Source: the human T2T-CHM13v2.0 reference genome, Homo sapiens. Taken from it: a stretch of 64,000 nucleotides of DNA. The notes under the pieces were generated by a model. The model was not told where the DNA came from and searched no databases. It saw only the letters and a list, made by a program, of their open reading frames with translations. Shown piece after piece: positions 47,358-63,857 of this stretch (its first letter is position 1; each line of letters starts with the position of its first letter). The position numbers were made by a program, and so were the translations under genes. The DNA lies in assembly GCF_009914755.1 (NCBI RefSeq), contig NC_060929.1; one strand, 5' to 3'.

Positions 47358-47556
47358 AGGTTGAGTATCCTTCATCCAAAATGCTTGGGAACAGAAGATT
47401 TTCAGATTTTGGAATATTTGCATTATACTGGTTAAACATCCCAAATACAAAAATCCAAAATCCAAAATGGTCCAATGAGCATTTTCTTTGAGCATCATGT
47501 TGGCCCTCAAAAAGTTTTGGACTTTGGAGCATTTCAGATTTGGGGTGCTCAACCTG
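47358..47556. mobile_element. Tigger4a/MER46A
   Basis: aggttgagtatcc...gctcaacctg TIRs, TA flanks. Confidence 0.85.
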
Positions 47557-47584
47557 TATGTGTATTTCAAGTTGTTTACCAAAT

Positions 47585-47910
47585 TTTTTATATTTTATTA
47601 TATTTTATTTTATTTTATTTTATTTTAGGAGATGGAGTCTTGCTCTGTTGCCCAGGCTGGAGGGCAAATGGCGTGATCTCAGCTCACTGCAACCTCCGCT
47701 TCCCAGGTTCAAGTGATTCTTCCACCTTAGACTCTTGAGTAGCTGGAATTACAGGTGTGCACCACCATGTCTGGCTAATTTTTGTATTTTTAGTAGTATT
47801 TTAGTTTCGCCATGTTGGTCAGGCTGGTCTCGAAGTCCTGACCTCAGGTGATCCACCTGCCTCAGCCTCCCAAAGTGCTAGGATTACAGGGTGAGCCACC
47901 ACGTCCGGCC
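47585..47910 (-). mobile_element. AluS
   Basis: Antisense Alu with (tttta)n tail. Confidence 0.93.
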
Positions 47911-48024
47911 CAAATGTTTTATTTTGAAAAACTTCAAACACAAAGAATTGTACCATGAAATATTCATGTATCTTCACGTAGATTCACTGATTAACATTTT
48001 GCCATATTCTCTCCTCACCCCTGC

Positions 48025-48038
48025 TGTATGTATGTGCG

Positions 48039-48090
<52 letters not shown>
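48025..48090. repeat. Alternating purine-pyrimidine tract with (CG)5(CA)22
   Basis: Direct inspection. Confidence 0.95.
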
Positions 48091-48092
<2 letters not shown>

Positions 48093-48195
48093 AAAACAAA
48101 TGTTTTTCAGAACTCTTTGAAAGGAACCTATAGATATCATGACTCCTCACACATAAATAGTTCAGCACGTGTTCCCTAAGGCTAAGAATGCTCTT

Positions 48196-48638
<443 letters not shown>

Positions 48639-51600
48639 AAATGCTCTCCTATATAACCACAATGCCATTATGCTCAAGAATTTTAAAATCAATATAATAA
48701 TATTTAATATGCAGTCTGTATTCAACTTTCCTCAATTATCAGAAATATGTTTATGGATTTTTTTTTTTTTTCCCTACCAGGATCTTCTGAGCTAAGTTCT
48801 CATCTCCTTCTGGGGGCCTTCCTTAAACTCCTTCTGGCACTCACTGCTTCATGCTTCCAGAAAGCCATGTGCAGGTGGCTGTCATGGTCTCAGCCTCTCT
48901 TGTTACATGTGTCCACCCCTGTTTATATTGAGTCCCATGCTATGCTCACCTCCGTGTTCTCAGTGCCTGGTGCAGTGTGCGGCACATAGTAGGGACTCAG
49001 TACTTTTTGGTTGAGTGGATGATCAAGTAAGTGGCAGAATTAGAGACAAAACCCATGGCCTCATAGCTATTTTCTTGATTCCATATTTAACTGCTTTTTG
49101 CAGACAGTGATTGTTAATAATGTAAGAGCGGAAAGTCCTATCTGCCAAATGGTGAGAAGAGAGAGGTAATCTAGAAAGATAATTGTGAACAATGGAAAGA
49201 ACCAACAATTAATGATGTTCAAGGTCATGCCCTTATAGAAGCATAACCCAGATCTCTGAGAACATCCATACAGGCAAAACCCTGCCTTCTAACAGTTGTT
49301 GCAAAGCCTCCGTCGTATTTGCAGTCATATCTTATAAACAGAATCCAGGACTCCTTCCAAGTGAAATGACTGCAAACCCCACATCTACCTAGAGCCACAC
49401 TTTCTCCCAAAATGAACTTGTTAGCCCTCCAGGATGGGCTGATAAAACCAGGGAAAGTGTCTCTTAGCTTGGATGCATCATTTCTTCCCTCTTCAGTTCT
49501 AACTTTAAGTCTGGAGTTGGCTCTGATTTTTTTAAGTATATAACAGCTGAAACCATAATTAATATTTGGATCCAGGGACTCCAAATGTGAACCCAAAGAA
49601 CATTTCCATTTTACTGGTGACTATTCCCTAACCAAGAAGAATGTGGAGGCAGGATCAAGGTCAGCCAAGTTATTCAGAAAGAGGCTGGCCATTTGTGGGA
49701 AGCGACCACTTGCTATGTTTTTTGGAGGACTCACTTTTTCTTTCCTAACTGGCCACAGTGTATGTTGCTTGGTCTCTTAAGACCCCTAGGTTCACTAGGA
49801 AAGTTCTTTCCAGCAACCACAGGGACCAGTCTAAAGGCCAAATAACCTGTCCATCTCACACTGTGCTGTGCACAGCTCAGACATCTATTAAGAGCCAGGC
49901 ATTGTGGATACAAAGGTAAATAAGCCACAGCCTCTAGGAACTCATCATCTATGGGGGTAGGCAGACACACATAGTCCTCCACTTTATGGAAAATGCAGTG
50001 GGAGAGACAGGCGTGGACACTACAGAAAGGGTACCAGTCCAACTTGGGGAGGGCAAGTCAAGGAAGGCCTGGCTGGGGAAAGTGGGCACGGACTAGACAG
50101 GAATGAGGTAAGCAAGTTGGAGGGCTGTCTAGACAAGGGACATGGAAAGAGGCAATTATGGATATAGTCATCATCCTGATGAATGTGGGGACAAAGTGGA
50201 CATTCACTATATGTTAAGATGATGCATGAAGAGTTCCATTTTTTTTTTAATCACATTATGCTGACAACAGAAGGCCAAAGACTATCTCCGAGTGGACATG
50301 GAAAGTCTTTGCCTCCCTGACACTGGGTGATCCTTTAATGTTATTCCCACTAAGGGTTAAAGGTTGAAGACAACCCCCACCCCCCACAGAAAAATTCAGT
50401 GAAGGTAATTATACCACCATCTATTTAGCTGCTAAAGAATTTACCATTCAAGGAGATGGGACCCTGCCTCACCAGAGGCGTTTAACAGGCCAGCGCTATC
50501 ACATTACCCAGATTGTATAAAGAGTATGAATGATTTCCGCTCACAGACCTCTAATGGAGGTATCTCTTTACAAAGCCCCTACTTCAGGCCAGCTGAATGC
50601 CTCAGCAGTGCCTCCGAAATCCCGCGGTCCTAATCCCTTTAGCAACAAAGATCTGTTTCTTTGCTTAGCATGAAGTAGGCCTCAGAGGCCTGTGTGTGTC
50701 TTCGCCTGTAGGCCAGAAGCCTCCTGTTTACAATTTCCCTATTCCTGTTTTTAATGTTGTTCTGAGAGCAGCCACAAAGGGCTAGTTTTGTCCAGCAGGA
50801 ACAAGGGAGCTATTAGAGAGAGAGGGAGGAAGGAAGGAAGGGGGATCGCAGGGAGGACTCCTCGAGGGATTAGCAGACACAGCTGTTCCCGAAGGGAGAG
50901 GAGCTTTAGGCTGTTTATAATTTCCGTCACATTTACATGTTTTAATATTTTATTTCCTTATTTTTTTTTTTCTGATCAGTTTCCTATCCACCATGTAAAG
51001 CGAGCATCTTGTGGCCATATTGACAGACTCAGAGTACCTGTTTCAAATGTTTGGGTCAGATGCTGCTTTTCCCTTCAGTGCTGTGCAGCTCTGGTGTGTC
51101 GGCCTCCAGCTTTTCCTGGGGTCACAGACCTCGCGACCACCAGGTGCCCAAGGAAATCAGTCGTTGAGGCGAACGGCTTCACTTCTTGTCCCATTTGTGT
51201 GTGTGGCTGGAATTCTCTAGCCTGAATGATTCATTTAGACTCCATAGACCACCACCTGTATTCACAGAGTCTCAGACCGACTTTTAAGATGCATTTCATT
51301 TTTGTCTCAAGGTTACATATCTAACCAGTGTGTTATAAAGGGTATTGGCCACAGGTAGAGAATGTATCATATTCCATATTTCTAAAATGGCTTATGGCAA
51401 TTGCTTTAAGAGAATTATCCATGATTTCATCCTAAAGCAAACAAGTTTCCATTTGTGTCACCTTGTATTTCTTGTCTATGTACATACTCAGTGTTTGCAT
51501 TTTACAATAAAACCAAAGATAGAATTTTAGTCTTAATTTTCCATAATATTATGGCATGCATATTATCCAAGAAAATTTGTTTCCAAAACAAAAAATTCCA

Positions 51601-52695
51601 AAAATTTCTATCCAAGAAAATTTGTTTCTCTTTTTTTAAAAACACCTCCTCCCTCCTCCTCTTACTCTCTTCCCTGTTACAAATATTCGCAGTGGGTTGT
51701 ACATCCCTCCACATCTAGCTCTGTGCTCAAATAATCGTATAAAAGCTTTTTAAAATCTTGGATTGGAGGAATCATTATTTTATTAAAATGGAATTATATG
51801 TTATCTATTTCCCTGCATGTTTCCTTACTTAATATACAGAGGAAAATGCCTTTAATATAATATTTTTAAGCTGACATGGTGTATGCAGGGTCACCTTGCC
51901 TGAGAGCACCCTTTGGTTAAAGTTGCAGATGCCTATGTATATGGCAGTTTCATTTGTGCTCTGTTTTTCTTAAGTTTTACTTTTTCCTGGGGAAATTTAG
52001 TCAAGAAATAAATGACTTTCTCAAATGTCCAGTCGGCCCATTGCTGACCCTATGGGCTCTCATTGCCTTGGGGTAAGTTTCCAGACTTGAGCATCTTTTA
52101 GATCTGGCTGACATGCTACTACTGTTACAGAAAAGTTCCTCACGATAGTCTCAAAAGTTAAGTATATGCGGTTTCCTTTTGCAGGGGCCTGGGATGTGAG
52201 CTAATCTTTAAGTAAAAGAGAGAAGGGACAGTGATTAACATTCTCCAAACTCACCGAGGGACAGCTGTTCCAAACCCTTCCTTCCTGCTCAAAGTAGTTT
52301 TCAAGAGGAACCTAAGAAAAAAAAATTTTTTTTTAAAGAAGAATATGGAGTTCTTCCAAGATTGCTCAATTTTCTTTCTCTAAAGTAAAATAGTTCAAAC
52401 CACGTGCCAATCCAAATGCACTTTCTGTATTCGGCCCCACTGGAAATGTGGACCATAAGATAAGATGCACAGCTTCTGGAATATTGTTTTTCAGATCTGG
52501 CCAGGAAAAAAAAAGCCACAATTTCAGCTGCTTTGATTTCCCCTCATGCTTTTTAAAGACAAATGCAAAGGATATTTCAGGGAACATGAGCTTCTGTGAG
52601 CCCCTGTCATCTCACTGCCCCATTGAATAGCTTTCTTTGGCAGGATTACAGATCTGAGGTGGTGATTATTGTTTTGGTGATAACATGCATTTTGA

Positions 52696-52995
<300 letters not shown>

Positions 52996-53562
52996 TGAGA
53001 AAAGGTTTTAAAGATGTCTTTGCATTCCAAGTATAAATTAAAGGTTCTGTGAATTTTACTAAATGCTTTTATTAAAAAATCTAGAATTACCCAATATACA
53101 CATAACCTTTAGGTTTTGAATGTGATTGTTTCGTTAGCCCATGCCAAGGACATGCCCTTAACAGACGAACTATCTTCCTTCATCTGAAAATGGGGATTCT
53201 TTGATGCAAAGTGGTGCACGTATGGGGCCACGATATAGGGCAGGATCTCTGTGTAGCCATCCAAGGCAGCAAAATCAATACTGACCGTCAGTGGGTGGCA
53301 GACACCACAGTGCCAGCATCTTACATTCATCAAGACTATGTTAATGAAAATGCAGATGGGAGAATGCGTCAGACCCTTTTCTGGCTTTAGAGTGTGTATC
53401 AATTTAACTAACTCCATATACATGATCAAATTATAGGTGAAGAAAACAGAAGATGAAATTTGTCCCTTTTCCTTTTGCCCAATATACAATCTAAAAAATT
53501 AACCAAAAGGGCAAAAAGGAAACTTGGTAACATGTTAGTTTTTTTCAAAATTGATTTATTGA

Positions 53563-53837
53563 TTTTTTTTTTTTTGAGACTGGTTCACTCTGTCGCCCAG
53601 GATGGAGGCACAATCATGGCTCACTGTGGCCCTGACCTCTTGGGCTCAAGCAGTCCTCCTGCCTCAGCCTCTCTAGCAACTGAGACCACAGGCTCATGCA
53701 ACCACACCCGGCTAACTTTTAAATTTTCTGTAGAGATGGGGTCGCACTATGTTGCCCAGGATGGTCTCGAGTGATCCTCACACCTTGGCCTCCCAAAGTA
53801 CTGGGATTATAGGCATAAGCTACCATGCTGAGCCAGG
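53563..53837 (-). mobile_element. AluJ
   Basis: gggctcaagcagtcctcc, cactatgttgcccagg. Confidence 0.88.
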
Positions 53838-54161
53838 ATTTATTTATTTTTTACAGTAAAAACTGCCTTTTCCAGGAAATAATAAAAAACATAATACAGA
53901 GTCAAGGAGAGTAAAAACGAAAGTCAAACCCCCCAGATTATATTCCCCAGTAACTACTATTTATGTGAGGTATTAAAATTAAGGAGAAGTACAAACATGC
54001 TCTCGTGGCCTAAGTAAAGACCAGCTCTAAATGATGCCAGTTCAATCAATTGAAAATAAAAAAATTCATCCTGAAACAATTTTTTTTTCATGTGATTATC
54101 CGGACAGCAGGGAACCAAGAAGAGTATTGGGATGGGGGCAGGAGGATGAAGGGAGGGCTGA

Positions 54162-54510
<349 letters not shown>

Positions 54511-55713
54511 TGCTACACTACTTTTAATGCTGCTTCGACTAATAGTATTTAGGCCTTATGTGGGCAAAGTCACAGTTATGGCTATGGATTGATTTTTTAA
54601 AAGGTGCATGCTTAGAATCGTCCAGATTTCAAATCTTCCAGGGGTTGGAAGTGATTGGAAATGTTTTCTCATGTTGAGTATTAAGAGAAAAAAAAACAAC
54701 TCCAAATGCCCTACCATCTGTCTATATTACAAATTGCCCAGAGCTATGAGAATAGTTTTCTGTAGGAAAAATCGTGGTGGCTTATACACATAAAATGTGA
54801 ACTTGCAGTTGCTGACAAATGCTGCTAGACCACAATCATGGTCCACCAAATTACATTTGTGGAGTGAGAGAATCAGAGGTCTTCCTTCCTATTATTGATT
54901 GTTCCCCATGTCTCATTCTGATAAAACATTCTTTCCTTGGATTTTAACCAGTGACATGGTGCAGAATTAGATCCACATGTGTTGATTTTTCCGTTCTATT
55001 TTTTCCCTTGGAGTCTGAAGAACGTCAGTCCTGGAATGCATGCATCAACCCTTTAGAGAATATTTTCTATGAACAAATACTCTAGCCTTTGTAACTACAA
55101 GTGCTGAAGTTACAGTAAAATATCATCATAATCCCTATTTTCATTTGCTTCTAACTTTCCAATAAGGTATCCTTTGGGTTGAAACTTTCCATGCTTCATT
55201 TCATCTCAAAGGTGAATTTATTTTGGAAAGTTCACACTAATTTAATTCAGGGACTTGGAAGGGATGTGAGAATAAAAATATACCTTCTTCTGCTCTGCAA
55301 ACAAATGTAAGACTTCGGTCATAGATAACTCCAGAGTAGCCAAGCAGTGGAACAATAAACAGGTCTCCGAAAATCTGTTGAAGTAAAGCAGGTTGAAGTG
55401 ATTAACCACAGATTTCTTGCACGCACTGAACAGCCTGTAGTGCCTTGAGGCTCTCTGGACTCTTCTGAAGGACCATGGCCAAAATGGGGAATCTGGGGGC
55501 CTGGGTGGGAGAGATGAGAGATTTAATTTGGGTCAGGGCAAACTACCGTATGGTCCACAAAGTTTTAAAACACACTGATTATTGTCAAAGGCTCTTCTTT
55601 TAAAAGAGGAGCTGATTGAAATGCCATAGAGACTAAGTTACTCAAGCCTGTGACATGATGTCTATGAATATAAGGCCAGAGTCCCTAGGACATTGAAATA
55701 GAATGGTCTAGAA

Positions 55714-56010
55714 CAAGGTTTCTCAACTTCAGCACTACTGATATTTTGAGCCAGATAATTATTTGTTGGAGGTGGTGGCGGCGGTGGCGATTGTGTTGGT
55801 TGTGGTAATGGTGGTGGCAGTGGCGGCAGTGGTGGCAGCAGTGGCTTCAGTGTCCTGTCGGAGGTCTAGCAGCATCCTGGTCTCGACCTACTAGATGCCA
55901 GTAGCAATCCTCCCCCTCAACCCCCTAGCTCAAGTCATAACAATAAAAAATGCCACTGGGCATTATCAAATGCTTTTTTGGGGGTAGGAATAGCACCCAG
56001 CTAAAAACAG
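55714..56010 (-). mobile_element. MER20 with an internal (GGN)n tract
   Basis: ggtttctcaacttcagcact...ctagatgccagtagca. Confidence 0.8.
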
Positions 56011-56090
56011 ATAGTGAAACTTAAGAGTTTAAACCCATCTGAGCAAGGCATTTACAATAGAATGGAATCCGTGCAGTAGAAAACCTGACT

Positions 56091-56320
<230 letters not shown>

Positions 56321-56829
56321 TGACATTTCTAATAAAGGCTTCTTAAAAACTAGAATCAGCATTGCAAAGAAGTGGCCCTCCCATCCAAAACCTGTCCTCC
56401 CCTGAGTTACACCTGGCACAAAGCAGATTCAAGCAGGTTTCAGACTCTAGAGCCCTGTCTCTTAGCCTCTGTGCCATTACACTCTGCCTGTACAACTGTA
56501 TAAAGCCTTCCTTACCATTATTAAAAGGAAAGGTTTAAAAATACGTCTTTAGTAACCCAACAAATACTTATTAAATATGATAGGGCCCCATACTATACAT
56601 TGTGTAAGACAATAATGATCACAATGTAATCCCTCCCCACAGTTGTGGCGCATAGTCAGAAGACTTAGAACATAACAGAACAGTGCAAAATGTGAAATGT
56701 ACCTAAAACAAAAGTACAATCCAAGGACAACTGAAGTAAAAAGACTGTAGAGAACTTTTAACCTGGAGTAGGAGAAAATCAAACATGCAAATTCCCTGGA
56801 GAGATGAACACTGTCCTGTCTCCTATGAG

Positions 56830-57710
<881 letters not shown>

Positions 57711-57849
57711 GGGGCCTCTGTGGTTGTTCAGATGAGAAACCATGTAGCACAGAGGCCCATGCACGAGTTTGCTTTTGTTCTTTTTCATGGAAAGATCTTG
57801 CCTTTTTATAAGAAAAAAAAAAAAATGAGAAGACTCCAAAGGAGTCCTC

Positions 57850-58490
57850 TGTTGAGCTGGATGGTTCCATACCTCTGTCCCAGCTTCTGGCAGGTGCCAA
57901 CAATGCTTGGGATTTCTTGGCTGGTGGATAACATTGCTCTGAGCTCTGCCTCTGTTTGCACACATTGTTCTCCTCTCTGTGCGTATTTGTATCTCTCTGT
58001 CTCTTTTCTTTTCTTTCTTTTTTTTTTTTTTTTGAGATAGAGTCTCGCTCTGTCTGGCCCAGGCTGGAGTGCAGTGGTGCCAATCTTGGCTTACTGCAGT
58101 TTCTGCCTCCCGGGTTCAAGTGATTCTCCTGTCTCAGCCTCCCAAGTAGCTGGAACTACAGGCATCTGCCACCACACCTGGCTAATTTTGTATTTTTGGT
58201 AGAGACGGGGTTTCACCATGTTGGCCAGGCTGGTCTCGGACTCCTGACCTCAGGTGATCCACCCGCCTCGGCCTCCCAAATTGCTGGGATTACAGGCGTG
58301 AGCCACCGTGCACAGCCTCTCTGTCTCTTTTCTTAAAGGACACAGGTCACTGGAGTTAGGGCCCACTCCAATCCAGTATAACTTCATTTTAATTTAACAA
58401 ATTACATCTGCAAGACCCTATTTTCAGGTAAGGTCATATTCTGAGGTTTCTTGTGTATAAGTGGAATACAATGATTCAACTTAGTACACA
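57850..58490 (-). mobile_element. MLT1B/C-like MaLR LTR split by Alu
   Basis: ccagcttctgg, ttacatctgcaagaccctatttt, aaggtcatattctgagg. Confidence 0.7.
58005..58317 (-). mobile_element. AluSx-like
   Basis: Antisense Alu; TSD tctctgtctcttttctt. Confidence 0.95.
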
Positions 58491-60525
58491 GCCCATCCTG
58501 ACAGTGTCAGGACATTGGGTATAGACTTATTTCAACCAGAAGAGATCTGCAAAGAACTCCATTCAAGAAAAGCATCCTGAAGTTAACATCATCAACTGGA
58601 ACTGAGTGGCCTCTCTCTCTAGGCAGGCAGGGACCCTCTGGTTATCATGTAGCCTGCTTTGTTCATTTATATTATCTGGCTGGCTCCCATAGACATTTGA
58701 GTTTGTGACCCCAGGTTTGCAGTAAAAGTGAACAATATTATAATGTGGGAACAACTGGAGGCTGCCGGGGAGTGTGTGACAGGGGGACCGAATTTAGTAA
58801 AGGTTGCGGAATGGGTGAATGGCTCTATTTGAAGGCTGTAGTGCAGTTGTTCTGGCAACTTAATCTCTGGAAGACCACAGATGATGTCTATTATATCCCT
58901 ATGCACCAGCTATGACCTTGGAAACAGGCCATCCTGACAGCATGTCAAGGAAGTTGTTATAGGGAATTATTTCAGCCAGAAGAGATCTCTGCAAAGCAAT
59001 CTGTTCCAGCCTACTGTGTCATGGAGTAGTCCCCACGTCCCCAATTTTTTTGCTGGAAATGCAGCGGCAGCCAGCGTGAAGCCTACACCTGTCATGAGCT
59101 AATGTTTGATTCCTGCCAAAGTTTGCACTTGGGTTCCATTACCAGGGTAGAGAGTCCTTCCAGGGAAGCGTGTTAATGTTTAACCCTTTACCCACAAATT
59201 CTGTCTGTCTCCCGGAGAAACCTACCACTTGCCAAACCACTACCATGCCCTTTGGAATTTTGCTTTTGCTTTTTAACATTTTTTGGTTTTGCAAGCAGAC
59301 TAGAGAAAGGAAAATTAATAGAAACTGGGCTTCACATGCAAGGTCCATAGGCCGTTTTGAAAAGTCAAGGAAGAGTGAAGCTCATCCTTGGCCAGGAGAA
59401 TATGCATTGGCAGAAATGATATAAAGCCTGATATAGGAAGCAAACCTGTTAGTGTGTTAAATGTCTCCTTTCTTGCCAGCTGCAGCCTGAGCAGGACCTA
59501 TGGATGCATGGTTGGGAGGTTAGCAAATCCAAGCCTCAGAATAACAATCCTATTGCTGTGTCTAGCAAGGGGCGGGAAGCCTTTTTCAGATGGAGATTTG
59601 CATTTCACTGTGTATGTCCCTACTATGAGAGTTGGGGGTGGTCTTAGTGGGGAAGACCACTCCACATTCATTCCTAGCCTTTGTAGACTTGAGAATGCTC
59701 TCATCAGGTCAGGGTTGGAGTCAATGAAGTGGAGCTAAGTGGTACAGAGGCTAATGGTTATCTTAATATTTGTCAAGGAATTGCTGAGTGCCTGGGAGAA
59801 TGAGAGGGCTGGGGCTCAGGCTAAGAGTTGGGAAAGCAGAACTGGCGGTGGAAAAGCACTTGGGACTAAGACATGATTATGTGGAGTATTAGGGAATGAA
59901 GAAACTCTGGAGTAGGAGGCTCTGTGTTGAGAGAAGAGATGTTTACAGAACTGGGCCTGCACATAGTAGGCCCTCAGGAAATATTTGTTGAATGAAGAGT
60001 GAATGATGAATAGAGAAATTGTCAGCTGTCAAGTTGAGGTTCCTGGAGCCGAGAAGAGTTACTTTGTTTTATTTTGTTTCTTTTATGTATGTTGGGGGAG
60101 AAGTCCCATTGCTAGGAAAGACATATCCAATTTATTTAAACATCTTAAAATTATTTCTAATTGTATAAGTGATACATAAATACATCGTTCTTATAAACAA
60201 AATCAGAAAATGTCAAGTAAGACTGAGGTCCTTCACCACTAGTCCGAATCCCAGGGCCCTTTCCTCATACTCTCCAGAGAATCTGAGGTTTTCCATTTGT
60301 GCTTAGCCTTGAAGACCTTGATGAGCCTTTACAAGTATATTCATGGCTATTTAAACATGTTATTTTGTTTATTGGTGAGAAATGATTATGTAAATCATAT
60401 GGTAAGTAGTAGTCTGCCACTTGCTTTTGTCACTCAACAGAAGTGACCTAGATCCCTCTCCATATTAGTCCCTATATGTCTTCCTCATTCTAACTGCAGC
60501 ATAAATGTTCCGTGGATTGACTCTA

Positions 60526-60742
60526 CAGGTTGAGTATCCCTTATCTGAAATGTTTGGGAACAGAAGTGTTTTGGATTTGAGATTTGTATTATTTGCATTC
60601 TACTTACCAGTTCAGCATCCTAAATCTGAAATCCAAGATGCTTCAGTGAACATTTGCTTTGAGCATCTTTTTGGTGCTCAAAAACTTTTGGATTTTAGAG
60701 CATTTTGGATTTTAGATTTTCAGATGAGAGATGCTCAACCTG
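60526..60742. mobile_element. Tigger4a/MER46A inside an old L1M fragment
   Basis: caggttgagtatcccttatc...gatgctcaacctg. Confidence 0.85.
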
Positions 60743-61148
60743 CACCACAGTTTGTAGAGCCATCCCCTATGGATGGACATTTAGATTGTTTCCAGCTTTA
60801 TGCCATGACAAATAATGGTATGAAGAACATCCCCATACATGCCTCCTTGTCAGGTACATGAATTTAATTTCATTAATTACTCATCGGAGGTAAGGCTGGC
60901 ATCCTGAGATGCCTGGCACCCCCTAATAGTTTTAAACTTTGACATTGGATGTTACAGAGAAGGGGTAAAAGAAGAGAACTGACAAGAAAAAGATGGCTAC
61001 CCCAAGGCCAGGATCTTTAGAGAAAAATAATCTGACCCTTTGCCTGCCAAGGTTCTCTAGATGACATGTGCAACATAGTTGTTTGCTTGTATGTGCTTGT
61101 ATATATCTGTATTTGTATGGGGAAGTTGTGTGTGTGTGTTTGTATGCA

Positions 61149-61528
61149 TGCTGTGGTCTGAGTGCGTCCCCCAAAATTCATGTTTAAACTTAATCCCCAA
61201 TGCAACAGTATTAAGAGGTGGGGCCTTTAGGAGGTGATTAGACCAACAGACCTCATGAATGGATTAGTGCCTTATAAAAGGCTTGAGGGGATGAGTTCGC
61301 CCCTTTATCCCTTTTGCCACGTGAGCACACAGAGTTTGTGCCCTCTGGAGGATGCAGCAAGAAGGCACCATCTTGGAAGCAGAGAGCAGCCCTCTCTAGA
61401 TACTAAACCTGCTGGTGCCTTGATCTTGGGCTTCCCAGCCTCCAGAACTGGGAAAAATAAATTTCTACTGTAAATTACACAGTGTGTGAGTTTTTATTTT
61501 TTACAATAGCACAAATGGAATAAGACAA
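61149..61528 (+). mobile_element. MSTC/MSTD-like MaLR LTR
   Basis: ccccaaaattcatg, gaaggcaccatcttggaagcagagag, taagaca end. Confidence 0.75.
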
Positions 61529-62103
61529 TATATAACCAGCAAACCCAAATCTTCTTGTTTGTTATCACTACATATGTTGTCAGGGATGTTCTGGTCATAA
61601 GCAGGGGAAGTTCCTGATGGCCTTTGACACCTTCATTTGATACGGGATTAGTTTTGCATTCCATCTAGGCAGAGGTTGGAGCTTCCCTCGATAGGATCTA
61701 ACCCACTCACTCTATTGAATGAGAAAGACTGATTCTGTTTTAGATACAGAAGGAGTAAGTTCTCTTTGGTGATCTCTTGTCAGTCTAAGGCATTCTGATT
61801 TTCTATATAGTTTACCAAATTGTCTTAGCCTCTTTGGTGGCCTGTGCAGCCCAACAAGTCTGCAAATCATTTGTGGATCAGGTTAATAATCTCATCACTA
61901 ACATCCTCATAATCTTTAAAGCATTCTGTAACACGTATGATCCTTGTAGATAACAAGTGGGTATATTGCCATTTCTTTTGTGTATGTGTGCTAACTGCAT
62001 AGCCCTGATCTGTGGAGCTTGGTGCTAAAGAAACAGGGTAAAGAGGTTATTGGCAATGGCAATATTTTCTTTTCACTAGGTCTTTCAAAAGATTAGCATA
62101 AGT

Positions 62104-62468
<365 letters not shown>

Positions 62469-63215
62469 TCAATGATCACTTCTAACCATACCATTTAACA
62501 TCTTCAAAGATGACACCAAAGAACAGGTTATTATCAGTTTTTCCATCTTTAATCATCTTCGATGTACTTCTCTTAAGCAACAGTTTACTGCAACGAAACT
62601 TTGAGTTCCAGAGGGACCCTTTAATACCCCTCTATATTTTTACCTGCCTTTCATATTCCTGTCCAGGCCCAGGAAACTTCAATGAGAGGCCTGCTCAGCA
62701 CTGTCACTAAATAAATCAATGTTTTTTTCCATTGGAATTCAGTGAATCATCTATCTATGCACTTGTAAATTTCCTACCTCGTATGCTGAAATCTCCCCAA
62801 ATTATGAAAAAATATTTATGCCATGGAATCTGGCTTGGCTTAGGTATATAGGAAGGTGAAGCTTTCAAACCTTTTCACCTGTTTTCCTTTGTTGCACCTC
62901 AAGACACCCTTGGTAAATCACTCTGTGCTGGCTAATATAAGGCTCTGGAGTAATAGTCATCAGTTTGAAGTCTGGCTTCATCACTTATCAGCTGAGTTTG
63001 TCATTTAAAATTTTAAACAACAGGTTTATCACCTGTAAAATGCTAATAATGATTGTGTCTACATTGTAAGTATATTGTGAGGATTAATGAAGCAATATGT
63101 ATAAAATATGCCAGGCATATTGTAAAAGCTAAAACAGGAGGATGGAAATGATGAAGAGTATTGTGGGGAAATCACCAGACAGGAAGCTGAAAGCAGAGGT
63201 TGGAGGCGGGCATAG

Positions 63216-63734
63216 TGTGATGGTTAATATTGAGTGTCAACTTGATTGGATTGAAGGATGCAAAGTATTGTTCCTGGGTCTGTCTATGAGGGTATTGCCA
63301 AAGGAGATTAACATTTGAGTCAATGGACTGGGAAATATAGACCCACCTTCAATCTGGGTGGGCACTATCTAATCAGTTGCCAGAGCGGCCAGAATAAAAA
63401 GCAGGCAGCAGAACATGGAAAGACTAGACTGGCTGAGTCTTCTGGCCTCCATCTTTCTCCTGTGCTGGATGCTTCCTGCCCTCGAACGTTGGACTCCAAG
63501 TTCTTCAGCTTTGAGACTCTTGAACCTTCGACCACAGACTGAAGGCTGCACTGTCCGCTTCCCTACTTTTGAGGTTTTGAGACTCGGACAGGCTTCCTTG
63601 CTCCTCAGCTTGCAGACGGCCTATTGTGGGACCTCACCTTGTGATCATGTGAGTCAATACTCCTTAATAAACTCCCCTTTATATATACATCTATCCTATT
63701 AGTTCTGTCCCTCTAGAGAGCCCTGACTAATACA
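63216..63734 (+). mobile_element. MLT2A (MLT2A1/2, HERV-L LTR) solo LTR
   Basis: tgtgatggttaatattgagtgtcaacttgattggattgaagg...ccctgactaataca; perfect TSD catag. Confidence 0.92.
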
Positions 63735-63857
63735 CATAGCATGGGTGGAAAACAATGGTTAGTTTCCCTCTTCCCCAATTTTGCATAGCTGTGTTCTTCT
63801 TACATGCCTGCAAGTGATGAGAGCCCCACTGTGTCCATCTTCTTATGCCTTTAGGGT

